Shown: positions 47,330 to 57,587 of the stretch, one piece after another
Layout of the letters: each line of letters begins with the position of its first letter
Numbering within the stretch: position 1 is the stretch's first letter
Source: an uncultured Gammaproteobacteria bacterium
GTDB lineage: Bacteria > Pseudomonadota > Gammaproteobacteria > Eutrophobiales > Eutrophobiaceae
Reading direction: 5' to 3'
NCBI GenBank assembly: GCA_938084745.1
Contig: CALKEZ010000006.1
Coordinates: 195,007 to 259,006 of the forward strand
DNA: 64,000 nt
Translations under genes and position numbers: made by a program
The notes under the pieces: generated by a model
Seen by the model: only the letters and a program-made list of their open reading frames with translations
Told to the model about the DNA's origin: nothing
The model's database searches: none

Positions 47330-47533
47330 ATGATTGATACCGATGACACTGATTTTGATGCATCTGAAGACAATGATGATTTCAGTGAGGATATTATCTC
47401 GATTGATGAAAATATGAATAAGGAAATGAACGCGTCAAAAAGAGACGTGCGTGCAGAAATAGAAAAAAGACTTGAAATGATTGCTCTTCGAAAAAAGATG
47501 AGCGATTTTTATGATGACGAATTATTTAATTAA
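47330..47533 (+). CDS. Small highly acidic hypothetical protein
   Basis: 67-aa ORF with an RBS-like AGAAGG upstream. It has an acidic N-half and a charged helix (RAEIEKRLEMIALRKKMSDFYDDELF). No confident family. Confidence 0.35.
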   Translation: MIDTDDTDFDASEDNDDFSEDIISIDENMNKEMNASKRDVRAEIEKRLEMIALRKKMSDFYDDELFN

Positions 47534-47731
47534 TTAAGACAACAAAATGAATTTTTTTAAAGGTAGTGGAAGATGTGGTTTAGCCATCTCTCCGAAGTAT
47601 ACAAATAATGCCACAAAGCAGAAACCCGAGATTCTTGAATCTGCTGTATTTAACGAAGAGTCCATCAGAAAAACTGAGCTCAGCGTGGCTCAAAACAATT
47701 ACCCCTACGGTAAGCTCTATCAAGGCTCGGA

Positions 47732-48574
47732 TTAGACATTTATCCTGCCAGATAGATTCTTGATCATTGATTTACAACGTTCGTTAGTATTATTGTAAAT
47801 AATATACGCATTTCGATTAATTTCAGGCGCATCTTTTACATGAAATAATTCGCCGTTTTCAATATCGCGTTTGACCATTATCTCAGGTAAATAAGCCGTG
47901 CCGTTTTTGCTTTTTATAAAACGCTTGGCAATTCGACCTGCATCAATACGCATTAGCGGTGTCGGAATATCCCTGAAATGTTGACTGTGTGCTTCCGAGA
48001 ATGAAACACCCCAATCTACATAGATGTAGTTTTTTCTGACGGCTTCGTCTGCTTCTAACGCTTGTTCCGATGAAACCATAATGAATTTTATCGGCAAGGT
48101 TTTCATTACTGTGATGTGTGTTTCTTGTGGCAAATTATAGGTGAAACCAAAATCGAGGGTATTATTATTAATCTTCAAATGTATAGAGTCCGCAGTAAGA
48201 ACCTGGCAATTCAAAACAACATCATTATCGCAATCAGTAAATTTTATTAACCAGCGGTTAAGATAGATATCCCATAAACTGGAAACAGCACCAATAGATA
48301 AAGATGTTTTATTTTCATCTTCAATCGCAATATTGGTTTTCACTCGATTCCAGGTATTTAATATATCTTCTGCATATTTAACCAGTTTTTCACCGGCTGC
48401 CGTCGGCCGTATGTTATTTCTGTCACGGCTAAATAGTTTCACCCCCATTTCCTGCTCTAGCTGTCTTATTCTGGCACTCACAGCTGACTGAGTGATGAAT
48501 AAATTATCAGCTGCTTGTCCAAAATGGCGCGTTTTATGTATTTCAAGAAATGTTTTTAAAAGTTCGTCATCCAT
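47732..48574 (-). CDS. LysR-family transcriptional regulator
   Basis: 280-aa ORF with an N-terminal LysR HTH (FGQAADNLFITQSAVSARIRQLEQEMGVKLF). It is divergent from the rimK module. Confidence 0.85.
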   Translation of the reverse strand: MDDELLKTFLEIHKTRHFGQAADNLFITQSAVSARIRQLEQEMGVKLFSRDRNNIRPTAAGEKLVKYAEDILNTWNRVKTNIAIEDENKTSLSIGAVSSLWDIYLNRWLIKFTDCDNDVVLNCQVLTADSIHLKINNNTLDFGFTYNLPQETHITVMKTLPIKFIMVSSEQALEADEAVRKNYIYVDWGVSFSEAHSQHFRDIPTPLMRIDAGRIAKRFIKSKNGTAYLPEIMVKRDIENGELFHVKDAPEINRNAYIIYNNTNERCKSMIKNLSGRINV

Positions 48575-48669
48575 ACTAAATTCATCATCTTTATGTTTAA
48601 ACAGGGGTTTGGATCTTATTACTACGATATACTGATCTGAATCTTATAAACTCTAGCAGCATAATTTTA

Positions 48670-49134
48670 ATGGGAAAAGAACAAATAATTGGCTGGAAAG
48701 AATGGATCTGTCTTCCGGAATTACAAATACCCGCTATAAAAGCCAAAGTTGATACGGGTGCTCGCACCTCGGCATTACACACGTTCTATCTGGAAAAATT
48801 CTCACGGAAGGGCAAAGATCTGGTTAAATTCCATATTCATCCTTTACAGAAAAGAACGGATATTATTATCGAGTGTGAGTCTGAGATCGTGGATAAGCGG
48901 ATTGTGAAAGATTCAGGTGGGCACGAGGAAGAACGCATATTTATCCAGACACCTGTGTTATTGAATGACAAGAAGTGGGATATCGAAGTTAGTTTGACTA
49001 GCCGGGAGAATATGCTTTTTCGACTCTTGCTAGGCAGAACTGCCCAGGTCAGTGGTAACTTACTGGTTGATCCTGCGAAAAAATACATTACGGGTAATGC
49101 CATTGCCCATTCATACAAAGAATTTATTAAATAA
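48670..49134 (+). CDS. Retropepsin-like aspartic protease of the RimK-associated (RimB / 'ATP-dependent zinc protease') family
   Basis: 154-aa ORF with the family start pattern (IGWKEWICLPELQIPAIKAKVDTGARTSALH) and a DTG motif. It ends 9 nt upstream of rimK. Confidence 0.8.
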   Translation: MGKEQIIGWKEWICLPELQIPAIKAKVDTGARTSALHTFYLEKFSRKGKDLVKFHIHPLQKRTDIIIECESEIVDKRIVKDSGGHEEERIFIQTPVLLNDKKWDIEVSLTSRENMLFRLLLGRTAQVSGNLLVDPAKKYITGNAIAHSYKEFIK

Positions 49135-49143
49135 GCGGTGTAA

Positions 49144-50052
49144 ATGAAGATTGCAATATTAACCAGAAATAAAAACCTCTATTCATCAAGACGTTTGATC
49201 GAAGCGGCAGAATCGCGTGGCCATGAGGTACGAGTATTGGATGTATTACGCTGCTATATGAATATCACCTCAGACCGCCCCAGTATTCACTACAAGGGTG
49301 AAGAACTTGGCGAGTTCGATGCTGTCATTCCACGAATCGGTGCATCCGTAACTTTCTATGGTACTGCCGTCCTTAGACAGTTTGAGATGATGGGCGTCTA
49401 TCCATTAAATGAATCGGTGGCCATCTCTCGTTCAAGAGACAAATTACGTTCCTTACAATTATTATCGCGTAAAGGCATCGGCTTACCAGTCAGTGGATTT
49501 GCTAACAGACCAGATGACATTAACGACTTGATAAAGATGGTCGGTGGTGCGCCATTAGTTATTAAACTATTACAAGGCACACAAGGCATTGGTGTCGTTT
49601 TAGCCGAAACGAAAAGTGCGGCGAAAAGTGTTATCGAGTCTTTTCTGGGACTCAAAGCCAGTGTGTTGGTACAACAATTTATTAAAGAAGCTGGCGGTGC
49701 CGACATACGTTGTTTTGTCGTTGGTGAAAAAGTCGTTGCGGCGATGAAACGTCAAGGCGCGGAAGGTGAGTTTCGTTCAAACATACATCGTGGTGGATCA
49801 GCATCATTGGTGACGATTACCGCAGAAGAACGCAAAACGGCATTACGTGCCGCTAATACGATGGGACTTAATGTCTGTGGTGTTGATATATTACGCGCGG
49901 AACGTGGCCCGGTTGTGATGGAAGTGAATTCTTCACCTGGCCTTGAAGGCATTGAAACTGCAACGGGCAAGGATATTGCGGGTGATGTCATCAAGTTTGT
50001 AGAAAAGACCGCCAAAAAAGGAAAAACGGGGACCAAGGGTGGGGGTAAATAA
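49144..50052 (+). CDS. rimK: ATP-grasp ribosomal protein S6--L-glutamate ligase RimK
   Basis: 302-aa ORF with RimK-like sequence throughout (MKIAILTRN...[19 protein letters not shown]-grasp core, [12 protein letters not shown]). Confidence 0.9.
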   Translation: MKIAILTRNKNLYSSRRLIEAAESRGHEVRVLDVLRCYMNITSDRPSIHYKGEELGEFDAVIPRIGASVTFYGTAVLRQFEMMGVYPLNESVAISRSRDKLRSLQLLSRKGIGLPVSGFANRPDDINDLIKMVGGAPLVIKLLQGTQGIGVVLAETKSAAKSVIESFLGLKASVLVQQFIKEAGGADIRCFVVGEKVVAAMKRQGAEGEFRSNIHRGGSASLVTITAEERKTALRAANTMGLNVCGVDILRAERGPVVMEVNSSPGLEGIETATGKDIAGDVIKFVEKTAKKGKTGTKGGGK

Positions 50053-51099
50053 TTGCGCGACCCCATAAACATCGGTAGCACGGCGATTAATCCCGGGACG
50101 CGGCAAACACTTGAAATCCCGGTTCCGAGTCTTTACACACATACCGCGCTGGAATTACCCGTTCATGTTATACACGGCAAGCGATCTGGCCCCGTGTTAT
50201 TTCTGTCCGGGGCGGTACATGGTGATGAAATCAATGGTGTGGAAATAATACGCCGGGTTCTACATACCAAAACAATTACAAAACTCAAAGGAACCTTGAT
50301 TGCCATACCGGTTGTCAACATCTATGGCTTTATAAATCAAACACGTTATTTACCTGACAGACGGGATCTGAATCGTTCTTTTCCAGGCTCGGAAAAAGGT
50401 TCATTAGCCGGACGCATGGCGAATCTTTTTTTAAATGAGATTGTGTCTAAATGTACTCACGGTATAGATTTACATACTGCTGCTATACATCGTGATAACT
50501 TGCCACATATCCGGGCGTATCTGGATGATGAAGAGACGGAACGTATGGCACGTGCCTTTGCCTCACCCGTTATCCTGAATACACCCATCATTGATGGTTC
50601 GCTGCGAAAAGCTTCAGAAAAACTGGGGGCATCGGTTATTGTCTATGAGGCTGGCGAAGCATTGCGCTTTGATGAGTTGTCTATCCGTGCAGGCGTCAGG
50701 GGCATTATTTCGGTGATGCGTGAATTAGGTATGTTACCTGCACTAAAGAATAAACGTAAACCTATTGCACCTGTCGTTGCGCGCTCCAGTACCTGGATAC
50801 GCGCGCCTCAAAGCGGAATATTAAGAGTACAAAAACCATTAGGTTCAAGAATTGAAAAAAACGAATCACTTGGATTTGTCTCTGATCCATTTGGAGAGAA
50901 AGAAGAAAATATTCTGTCTCCTATTGATGGGATAATTATTGGTAGAACCAATATCCCGCTGGTGAATGAAGGCGAAGCCTTGTTTCATATAGCCCAATTT
51001 AAAAGTGCTGAAACTGCAGCGAATAAAGTGGAACGTTTTCAACAAAACCTCGACCCATCAACGGATATTAATTCGCCGGAAGAGCCACCCATTCAATAA
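50053..51099 (+). CDS. Succinylglutamate desuccinylase/aspartoacylase (M14-like) family protein
   Basis: 348-aa ORF with a TTG start immediately after the rimK stop. It has a zinc-site motif (HGDEINGVE) and later DLH and YEAG motifs. Confidence 0.8.
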   Translation: MRDPINIGSTAINPGTRQTLEIPVPSLYTHTALELPVHVIHGKRSGPVLFLSGAVHGDEINGVEIIRRVLHTKTITKLKGTLIAIPVVNIYGFINQTRYLPDRRDLNRSFPGSEKGSLAGRMANLFLNEIVSKCTHGIDLHTAAIHRDNLPHIRAYLDDEETERMARAFASPVILNTPIIDGSLRKASEKLGASVIVYEAGEALRFDELSIRAGVRGIISVMRELGMLPALKNKRKPIAPVVARSSTWIRAPQSGILRVQKPLGSRIEKNESLGFVSDPFGEKEENILSPIDGIIIGRTNIPLVNEGEALFHIAQFKSAETAANKVERFQQNLDPSTDINSPEEPPIQ

Positions 51100-51168
51100 A
51101 CGCATATTTTCATCTTAAGCATCAACTTCAAACTTGAAAACACAATCAACAAATAAACCTGGTTAGCT

Positions 51169-51987
51169 TCAATCCTTAAGAACAGGATATTGCTTTTCAT
51201 ACTGTTCAGCTTTATTTTCCGCTTTTAGTAATTCAAGTTCATTTAAATTCGCTTTAATAATACCCAGGTTTAGTTTTGCCTGATCCATTTCAGCCTTAGC
51301 CGCCAGGTTAAACCAGGCATAAGATTCAATTAGATTTTTTTCTACGCCATTACCCTCGAAATACATTGCACCAAGACTATTTTGCGCTTCCTTTGAACCT
51401 TGCTCCGCAGCAAGTTTGTACCACTTGTAAGCGGTAGCATAGTTCTGTTCAACGCCCTCGCCCAAAAAGTACATTAGCCCCAAGTTATGTTGCGCACCCT
51501 TGCTGCCTAACTCGGCGGCTTTGCTCCACCAGTTGACGGCGACTTTAATGTCTTTCTTAATCCCCTCTCCACGATAATATAACTTTGCCATATTAATCAT
51601 TGAGGGTATGTAATCCTGAGCTGCTGCCTTCTTATACCAATTTACCGCCGTTGCGATATTACGCTCAACCACTATTCCATTATGATAAAACAAACCAACA
51701 TTATGTTGTGCTTTGGGCTCACCATGCTGCGCCGCTTTTTTATACCATTCTAGTGATAAGAAATAATCCTGCTCAACACCCTTGCCTTCGCGGTACATAG
51801 TGCCGAGATAGAATTGCGCCTTCATGTTATTTTCGGCAGCAAGTGCAGTAAACCCTGCCAAGGCTTTTTCATAGTCATCATTTTCATAGTCGGCATATAC
51901 ATCGTCGTATTCAAACGCAGAGACAGAGCCATGATTAAGAATCAAAAACATCAATAAAAAACTGGTACGGATCATTTTTATACTCAA
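51169..51987 (-). CDS. Sel1-repeat protein with signal peptide
   Basis: 272-aa ORF with a signal peptide (SFLLMFLILNHGSVSA) followed by about six Sel1-type repeats. Confidence 0.85.
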   Translation of the reverse strand: MSIKMIRTSFLLMFLILNHGSVSAFEYDDVYADYENDDYEKALAGFTALAAENNMKAQFYLGTMYREGKGVEQDYFLSLEWYKKAAQHGEPKAQHNVGLFYHNGIVVERNIATAVNWYKKAAAQDYIPSMINMAKLYYRGEGIKKDIKVAVNWWSKAAELGSKGAQHNLGLMYFLGEGVEQNYATAYKWYKLAAEQGSKEAQNSLGAMYFEGNGVEKNLIESYAWFNLAAKAEMDQAKLNLGIIKANLNELELLKAENKAEQYEKQYPVLKD

Positions 51988-52130
51988 GGTTAAGGTGATG
52001 TTGTTGAGACTAATGCAGGGATAAAAAATTCACTGTGATGGATTTTTGTCCAGATCAATAGCTTGATTATAGCCCGCTGAAACTTCCGGGATATGACAAC
52101 GCTAACAAACTCTGCTTGATTGAAAGCGGA

Positions 52131-52781
52131 TTAAATTATCAGCGCGTACATTGCGTGTTGAAACCCGTCAATTATTGGCCCGATTATTTTAAACAAGACG
52201 CCACTGGCCAATAAGACAACGAGGATGATTAAACCATAAGGTTCAAGTTTTGCGTAACGAGAAGCGATGGGTTCGGGCAATAGTGAAAAAACTACACGGC
52301 TGCCATCTAATGGCGGCAAAGGAAAAAGATTAAGAATCATTAATAAACTATTAATGACAATTCCCGCCCATGCCATCAAGGTTAAAATATGTGCAGTCCA
52401 GTTACCTTGATCTGCTGCTGTTATAAACAGTTTTGCAATGATCAACCAGAACATGATCATGAGTAAATTTGCCGCAGGACCGGCCAGGGCAACTAAGGCA
52501 ATATCACGCTTGGTATTTTTCAATCGATTCCAGTTTACGGGTACCGGTTTAGCCCAACCAAATATAAAGCCACTGGCAAAAAACATGATTAATGGAACTG
52601 CAATGGTGCCTACAGGATCGATATGTTTTAACGGATTAACCGAAAGCCGCCCCATATCTTTTGCAGTGGTATCGCCGAGCAAACTGGCAACCCAACCATG
52701 ACTTACTTCGTGCAGGGTGATAGCAAACAGTACCGGGATACTCCAGATCAATATTTGATAAGCTGTGGACAGTTCAGACAT
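52131..52781 (-). CDS. Site-2-protease (M50) family membrane metalloprotease, short form
   Basis: 216-aa polytopic ORF with an HExxH in a TM helix (LHEVSHGW) and a downstream LFPLPPLDG motif. Confidence 0.8.
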   Translation of the reverse strand: MSELSTAYQILIWSIPVLFAITLHEVSHGWVASLLGDTTAKDMGRLSVNPLKHIDPVGTIAVPLIMFFASGFIFGWAKPVPVNWNRLKNTKRDIALVALAGPAANLLMIMFWLIIAKLFITAADQGNWTAHILTLMAWAGIVINSLLMILNLFPLPPLDGSRVVFSLLPEPIASRYAKLEPYGLIILVVLLASGVLFKIIGPIIDGFQHAMYALII

Positions 52782-52818
52782 ATTCTAGTCAGACACAACG
52801 TTTGATTAAAACGTCATT

Positions 52819-53667
52819 CTAATCCTGTGAGCCAAGTAGCCAGGCATCACTGTTGGGTGACTTTTCGATCTCTGTTTTACCCAACTGCTTAAAATCAAAT
52901 GCTACCGTATCCAGTAGGTGTGATGGCACAATATTCTGTATGCTGGTAAAAATCGTTTCTGTTCTACCCGGCTTTTGCTTATTCCATTCGGTCAGCATCT
53001 GTTTTATAGCCTGACGCTGCATATTGTCTTGAGAACCACACAAAGTGCATGGAATAATCGGAAAAGCTTTTTCTTCAGCGTACATCTTTATATCAGACTC
53101 AGCACAATAGGCTAAAGGTCGAATGACAACGTTTTCACCATCGTCGCTGAGTAACTTGGCAGGCATTGATTTTAGTTTGCCGCCATAGAACATATTTAAA
53201 AACAGCGTCTCAATAATATCTTCGCGGTGATGCCCTAACGCGATTTTGGTATAACCCTGCTCCTTGGCGAAACGGTAAATAATGCCTCTTCTCAATCTGG
53301 AACACAGACCACAATAGGTTTTATCTTCAGGGATAACCCGTTTTACGACGCTGTAGGTATCTTCTTCGATGATATGATATTCAATACCAAGTTCATTCAG
53401 GTAATCAGGCAATACATGCTCGGGAAACCCGGGTTGTTTTTGGTCCAGATTTACAGCAATCAATTCAAAATCCACCGGTGCATTTCGTTGCAGGCTTTGC
53501 AAAATATCCAGCATCGTATAAGAATCAGCGCCGCCCGATAAACAGACCATCACCCTGTCACCGGCTTCAATCATATTGAAATCGGCAATCGCACGACCGA
53601 CATTGCGCCGCAAGCGTTTTTGCAGCTTGTCGTAATTATATTTTTCTTTTCGCTGTGCGATTGCCAT
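52819..53667 (-). CDS. ttcA: tRNA 2-thiocytidine(32) synthetase TtcA
   Basis: It has a PP-loop (VCLSGGADS), a Cys cluster ([10 protein letters not shown]...CTLCGSQ) and a TtcA-like N-terminus ([21 protein letters not shown]). The start is set at the ATG at 53667, 2 nt after the upstream stop, although the tracked ORF extends to 53697. Confidence 0.9.
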   Translation of the reverse strand: MAIAQRKEKYNYDKLQKRLRRNVGRAIADFNMIEAGDRVMVCLSGGADSYTMLDILQSLQRNAPVDFELIAVNLDQKQPGFPEHVLPDYLNELGIEYHIIEEDTYSVVKRVIPEDKTYCGLCSRLRRGIIYRFAKEQGYTKIALGHHREDIIETLFLNMFYGGKLKSMPAKLLSDDGENVVIRPLAYCAESDIKMYAEEKAFPIIPCTLCGSQDNMQRQAIKQMLTEWNKQKPGRTETIFTSIQNIVPSHLLDTVAFDFKQLGKTEIEKSPNSDAWLLGSQD

Positions 53668-53669
53668 TA

Positions 53670-54059
53670 TTAGCCTTGCCTGCCTGCACCTGTACATGGA
53701 TAGCTTTTTGTTAGTGCTTCCAGGGCCAATGTTTGTGCTGCTTCTTTAGAGCGGGAAGATTGACTGCGTAAGTAGGCAATAACATTATCCGTAACCTCTT
53801 CCTTTGGATTCAGTTGCGGATTTATACAGAAAAATGGCTGGCTTTGTTCGGCTTGATGTAACTGCATTACTGTTAGAACCAATCCAACAACGTACTGTTG
53901 GCAACCAGCATTTGGCGCACCTGGCGCTGAACCTGTCTCACAACTCGTCAGTAGTTCTCCCGCTGTTAAAAGCTCGGGTTCTTCCTCAGCGAGGACAGTA
54001 TTTGAATTCAATAATAGTGTGCTCAATAGGATTAAAATTGTTTTCTTTATAAAACTCAT
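53670..54059 (-). CDS. Periplasmic four-Cys protein resembling the Rap1a/Tai immunity family
   Basis: 129-aa ORF with a signal peptide followed by the pattern GELLTSC....GC..YVVG......FCINP....EEV...VIAYL......A...[11 protein letters not shown], which matches my recollection of Rap1a/Tai proteins. Confidence 0.45.
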   Translation of the reverse strand: MSFIKKTILILLSTLLLNSNTVLAEEEPELLTAGELLTSCETGSAPGAPNAGCQQYVVGLVLTVMQLHQAEQSQPFFCINPQLNPKEEVTDNVIAYLRSQSSRSKEAAQTLALEALTKSYPCTGAGRQG

Positions 54060-54250
54060 ATCTCTTCCTCAGTAAATTTTCACATAGTGACAATCATTTT
54101 ATCATTGTCGCTGATTATTTTTTCTATGAAAGCGTTCGTTCGTTATGTATTCAATAACGGTTCTTGTGTAGCAAGGACTCTCTTTCGATGCAGAATATGT
54201 CTGAAACGTTCAATAATATATCTGTATTTTTAATATCATTTCGTTACTGT

Positions 54251-54442
54251 TCAGGCTGACCTGGCGAAGCTTATCAAGATAATAACAAACAAAATAACGA
54301 CCGCGATTGGAATCAGGGCCCCTTTCCAATCTGGATTTTCCGCTTGGCGACTTTGTTCGAGTGCCTTTTTGGCGCCTGGCCAAAAAAAGAACAGGATCGC
54401 GAATGCGGCAATTCCGAGTAACACTTGTTCCCAAACAGCCAT
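54251..54442 (-). CDS. Small two-TM membrane protein, hypothetical
   Basis: 63-aa ORF with two clear hydrophobic helices flanking a charged loop. An overlapping 83-aa alternative frame looks non-protein-like. Confidence 0.4.
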   Translation of the reverse strand: MAVWEQVLLGIAAFAILFFFWPGAKKALEQSRQAENPDWKGALIPIAVVILFVIILISFARSA

Positions 54443-54596
54443 GACTAAAACTTACTCCCAAACCAGGATTTGCATCAATATCGCAGTATAACTTTGAAAC
54501 GTTCCTGTAGCACAGATTATCCCCGCATTATTCGACTTCTGTAAGCAACATACTTTAGACTTGAGCATAATACCGATACTTTCCTAAATATATATT

Positions 54597-56570
54597 ATGG
54601 ATCACAGTGCTTTAAATGATGGTTTAACACTACTGGCATTATCCCTACTGGTCGTTTGGACTTTAAAACGACTGAAACTGCCGCCAATTCTGGGTTACCT
54701 GTTTGTAGGAGTCCTGGTAGGACCTTTTGCACTTGCGTGGTTACCCGAAGGCGATAGCATTCAGATGCTGGCAGAAATCGGCGTAGTATTTCTGCTTTTC
54801 ATGATCGGTCTGGAATTCTCTCTTTCACGCCTGATAGCAATGAAGAACACTGTCTTTGGCCTAGGCAGCGTTCAAGTCATTATTTCAACATTATCTGGCG
54901 GCGCGATTGCCTGGCTCACCGGGATTGATTGGCAAGCGGCATTGGTAGTCGGTGGTGCTATGGCTCTATCTTCAACAGCGCTTGTAGCCAAACAATTAAG
55001 TGACCAGCTGGAAATGCAAGCCAGACACGGTCAACTCTCGATCGCCATTTTATTATTCCAGGATCTTGCGGTAGTGCCCTTGCTGGTGATCATCCCGATT
55101 CTCGCTATGGGTGACGAACAGTCATTAACCGGCCCGATATTGATTGCATTAACCAAAGGTTTGCTGGCTTTTATTATTATGTTTCAAAGCGGTCGATGGT
55201 TATTACGTCCTTTTTTTCATCTGGTTGCAGGAACACGATCTGCAGAAATTTTTACACTGGCCACCTTGTTTGTCTCATTAATAGCGGCCTGGTTAACGTA
55301 TCAATTGGGATTATCATTGGCATTAGGTGCTTTTTTAGCCGGACTTATGTTAAGTGAAACAGAATATAAACATCAGGTACAGGCGGATATTCGACCTTTC
55401 AGAGATGTTTTAATGGGACTTTTCTTTATCAGTGTGGGCGCACAATTAGATGTATCAGTCATACTGAAAGAATGGTTCTGGATTGGCTTGTTAACAACAG
55501 GACTTATCATCGGTAAAGGCGCAGTAATCGCAATATTAACCCGTATAGTTGGTTATGAATTGCCTGTCGCTTTTCGTACTGGCCTGATATTGGGCCAAGC
55601 GGGTGAATTCAGTTTTGCCGTGCTGGTCGTCGCCATCAGTAATAATCTGGTAACTTTACAGGAAACACAACCGATCATTGCTGCGGCTTTACTGAGCATG
55701 CTGATCTCTCCGCTATTTATTCGCTACAACAGTCGGATTGCCGAATATTTATTTCGAGGAAGCTACACCAGTGGTTTGAATGCACCACCCAAAGAACTGG
55801 ATTCGGCATGTGAAGACCTATCCCAACATGTTGTCATTTGCGGTTTTGGTCGTATTGGTCAAAACCTGGCCAACATCTTGCGCGAAATGAACATTCCTTA
55901 CGTCGCATTAGATTTGGATCACAGCCTGATACGCGAGGCCTGGGAAGCGGGAGAGAATATATTTTACGGTGACAGTACACATGGCGAAATCTTGCAAAAA
56001 ACTGAGCTGGAAAAGGCCAGCGCGTTAATCATTACCTTTGATGACGCACAGATTGCTGAACATATTATTCAATCTGCCCGTTTCATTAATAAAAAAGTTC
56101 CTATCATTGTGCGTAGCAAGGACGACCGACACATGGATAATCTACATGCACTGGGTGCCAGTAATGTTGTTCCGGAAAGTTTTGAAGCGAGCATGATGCT
56201 GGCAATTCATGTACTGCAACACATGGGCATCTCGACAGATAAATCCATGAAGTTTGTCGCGCGCGCGCGCGAAGATGGCTATCGACGCTTACGCGGTTAT
56301 TTTCGTGGCGAAGACTCATTAGGCATGGATGAACCGGAGGCATTGCGATTACATACCGTCATCTTGTTACCCGATAGTCATGCTGTCGGTAAGTCAATTG
56401 CTGATTTTGATTTCGATAGTATGAATACTTCCCTGATTGCGGTAAGACGAGGACGAGACAGAATAGAACTATTTGATAAAAAATTTCAGTTTGAGAAAGG
56501 TGATGCCATCGTACTTGAGGGTACACAAAGCGCCGTATTAAATGCTGAAAAATACATGCTGACCGGTTGA
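54597..56570 (+). CDS. CPA2-family monovalent cation:proton antiporter with TrkA-N and TrkA-C domains (KefB/KefC-like)
   Basis: 657-aa ORF with a polytopic Na/H-exchanger-type N-domain, a Rossmann motif (VVICGFGRIGQ) and a C-terminal TrkA-C-like segment. Confidence 0.85.
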   Translation: MDHSALNDGLTLLALSLLVVWTLKRLKLPPILGYLFVGVLVGPFALAWLPEGDSIQMLAEIGVVFLLFMIGLEFSLSRLIAMKNTVFGLGSVQVIISTLSGGAIAWLTGIDWQAALVVGGAMALSSTALVAKQLSDQLEMQARHGQLSIAILLFQDLAVVPLLVIIPILAMGDEQSLTGPILIALTKGLLAFIIMFQSGRWLLRPFFHLVAGTRSAEIFTLATLFVSLIAAWLTYQLGLSLALGAFLAGLMLSETEYKHQVQADIRPFRDVLMGLFFISVGAQLDVSVILKEWFWIGLLTTGLIIGKGAVIAILTRIVGYELPVAFRTGLILGQAGEFSFAVLVVAISNNLVTLQETQPIIAAALLSMLISPLFIRYNSRIAEYLFRGSYTSGLNAPPKELDSACEDLSQHVVICGFGRIGQNLANILREMNIPYVALDLDHSLIREAWEAGENIFYGDSTHGEILQKTELEKASALIITFDDAQIAEHIIQSARFINKKVPIIVRSKDDRHMDNLHALGASNVVPESFEASMMLAIHVLQHMGISTDKSMKFVARAREDGYRRLRGYFRGEDSLGMDEPEALRLHTVILLPDSHAVGKSIADFDFDSMNTSLIAVRRGRDRIELFDKKFQFEKGDAIVLEGTQSAVLNAEKYMLTG

Positions 56571-56608
56571 GGATCACCTTCTGGCAGCAGGTCTCTCTCT
56601 ATCATTAT

Positions 56609-56783
56609 GCTCGCGACATGGGATGCAGGTAATTGGAGTTTGTCTGGAACATAAATTCCAACCGTACATCCGTGTACATAATCGCTACTGCGCATCCATG
56701 CGCTCGCGACATACCGTACATCCATGTACATCGTCGCTCCTGCGCATCCATGCGCTCGCGACATACCGTACATCCATGTACAT
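56609..56783. repeat. 52-bp tandem repeat (2 full copies + 1 disrupted copy) carrying paired short palindromes
   Basis: The copies at 56680-56731 and 56732-56783 share an identical 43-nt core (TGCGCATCCATGCGCTCGCGACATACCGTACATCCATGTACAT). A degenerate copy at 56609-56679 is split by a 41-nt insert. Each core holds GCGCAT-CC-ATGCGC and GTACAT-CC-ATGTAC. Confidence 0.85.
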
Positions 56784-56815
56784 AAAAAACCCCGTGTTTG
56801 ACGGGGTTGAATTTT
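56784..56815. terminator. Bidirectional rho-independent terminator (csp gene and antiporter gene converge here)
   Basis: The stem is AACCCCGT (56788-56795) / ACGGGGTT (56801-56808) with loop GTTTG. An A6 tract lies upstream and gives a T-run for the minus-strand csp transcript. ATTTT lies downstream. Confidence 0.75.
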
Positions 56816-56840
56816 GGGCACTACATAAACTGGTTCAGGT

Positions 56841-57047
56841 TCAGGTTTGTACTTCTACCTCTACGGCATGCAATCCCTTCGGCCCTTGTTCTGCTTGATA
56901 TGTAACCGTTTGTCCTTCGTTTAATGTTTTGAAACCATCACTTTTTATCGAAGAATAATGAACAAAAATATCTTCACCGCCACCTTCCGGCTCAATAAAC
57001 CCATAGCCCTTGGATTCACTAAACCATTTTACTTTACCGCTACTCAT
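56841..57047 (-). CDS. Cold-shock protein, CspA family
   Basis: 68-aa ORF with an RNP1 motif (KGYGFI) and an RNP2 motif (IFVHY). A 189-nt AT-rich leader region lies upstream. Confidence 0.9.
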   Translation of the reverse strand: MSSGKVKWFSESKGYGFIEPEGGGEDIFVHYSSIKSDGFKTLNEGQTVTYQAEQGPKGLHAVEVEVQT

Positions 57048-57236
57048 TACAACTCTCCCCTACTGAATGATAATTGAACACATATCAGTTGTATTTCGCT
57101 ATACAAATACACTAAAAAGAATGTAACCCTGCCCTGTTTTGAACGTAACATAAGTTACATAATTTTAAAGAATAGTCGAAATATAAAGGAGCTGCCAAGA
57201 AAATATATCTGATTTGACCAGTTTTCAGAGAATCTA

Positions 57237-57587
57237 TTAATTAATATGATCTGTATTCAGGTAATCATTTTGACTATCTGCAATAGATTCCTCATGTTGC
57301 TTTACAACACGAACAACAACAATGGAATCACGATAGAAATCTGAATGTATCGGTACCCGTACCTTTATAGCAGCACGTTCACCACCTCTGCCGTCAGCAT
57401 AAATAATAACGTCGTCAACATTTAAAAATCGCGAATTATATTCCATTCGACCATCTTCATAGACCAATAATATATTGTCTAATGCCGATGATTCGACAAC
57501 ATTATTAACGGGTTGAGTAGAGGTACAAGCCGTATTTAACAAACAGCAAGTGACAATTACTAAGGCATGTGAAATATATTTATTCAT
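57237..57587 (-). CDS. Hypothetical lipoprotein
   Basis: 116-aa ORF with a lipobox (CLLNTAC). No family recognised. The region is AT-rich. Confidence 0.55.
   Translation of the reverse strand: MNKYISHALVIVTCCLLNTACTSTQPVNNVVESSALDNILLVYEDGRMEYNSRFLNVDDVIIYADGRGGERAAIKVRVPIHSDFYRDSIVVVRVVKQHEESIADSQNDYLNTDHIN

Noticed and set aside
47547-47735. A 62-aa plus-strand ORF after the small acidic gene.
   Set aside because: It overlaps the 3' end of the convergent LysR gene, has no RBS or motif, and has an implausible composition.
54210-54461. An 83-aa alternative frame overlapping the 63-aa two-TM ORF.
   Set aside because: Its translation is Arg/Gly/Ser-rich with no hydrophobic core. The 63-aa frame gives two clean TM helices.
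56486-56898. ORFs 56486-56821 (-) and 56623-56898 (+) spanning the 52-bp repeat and the terminator.
   Set aside because: Both run through a tandem DNA repeat and a terminator hairpin, and they overlap the ends of the antiporter and csp genes. The repeated peptide segments simply reflect the nucleotide repeat.
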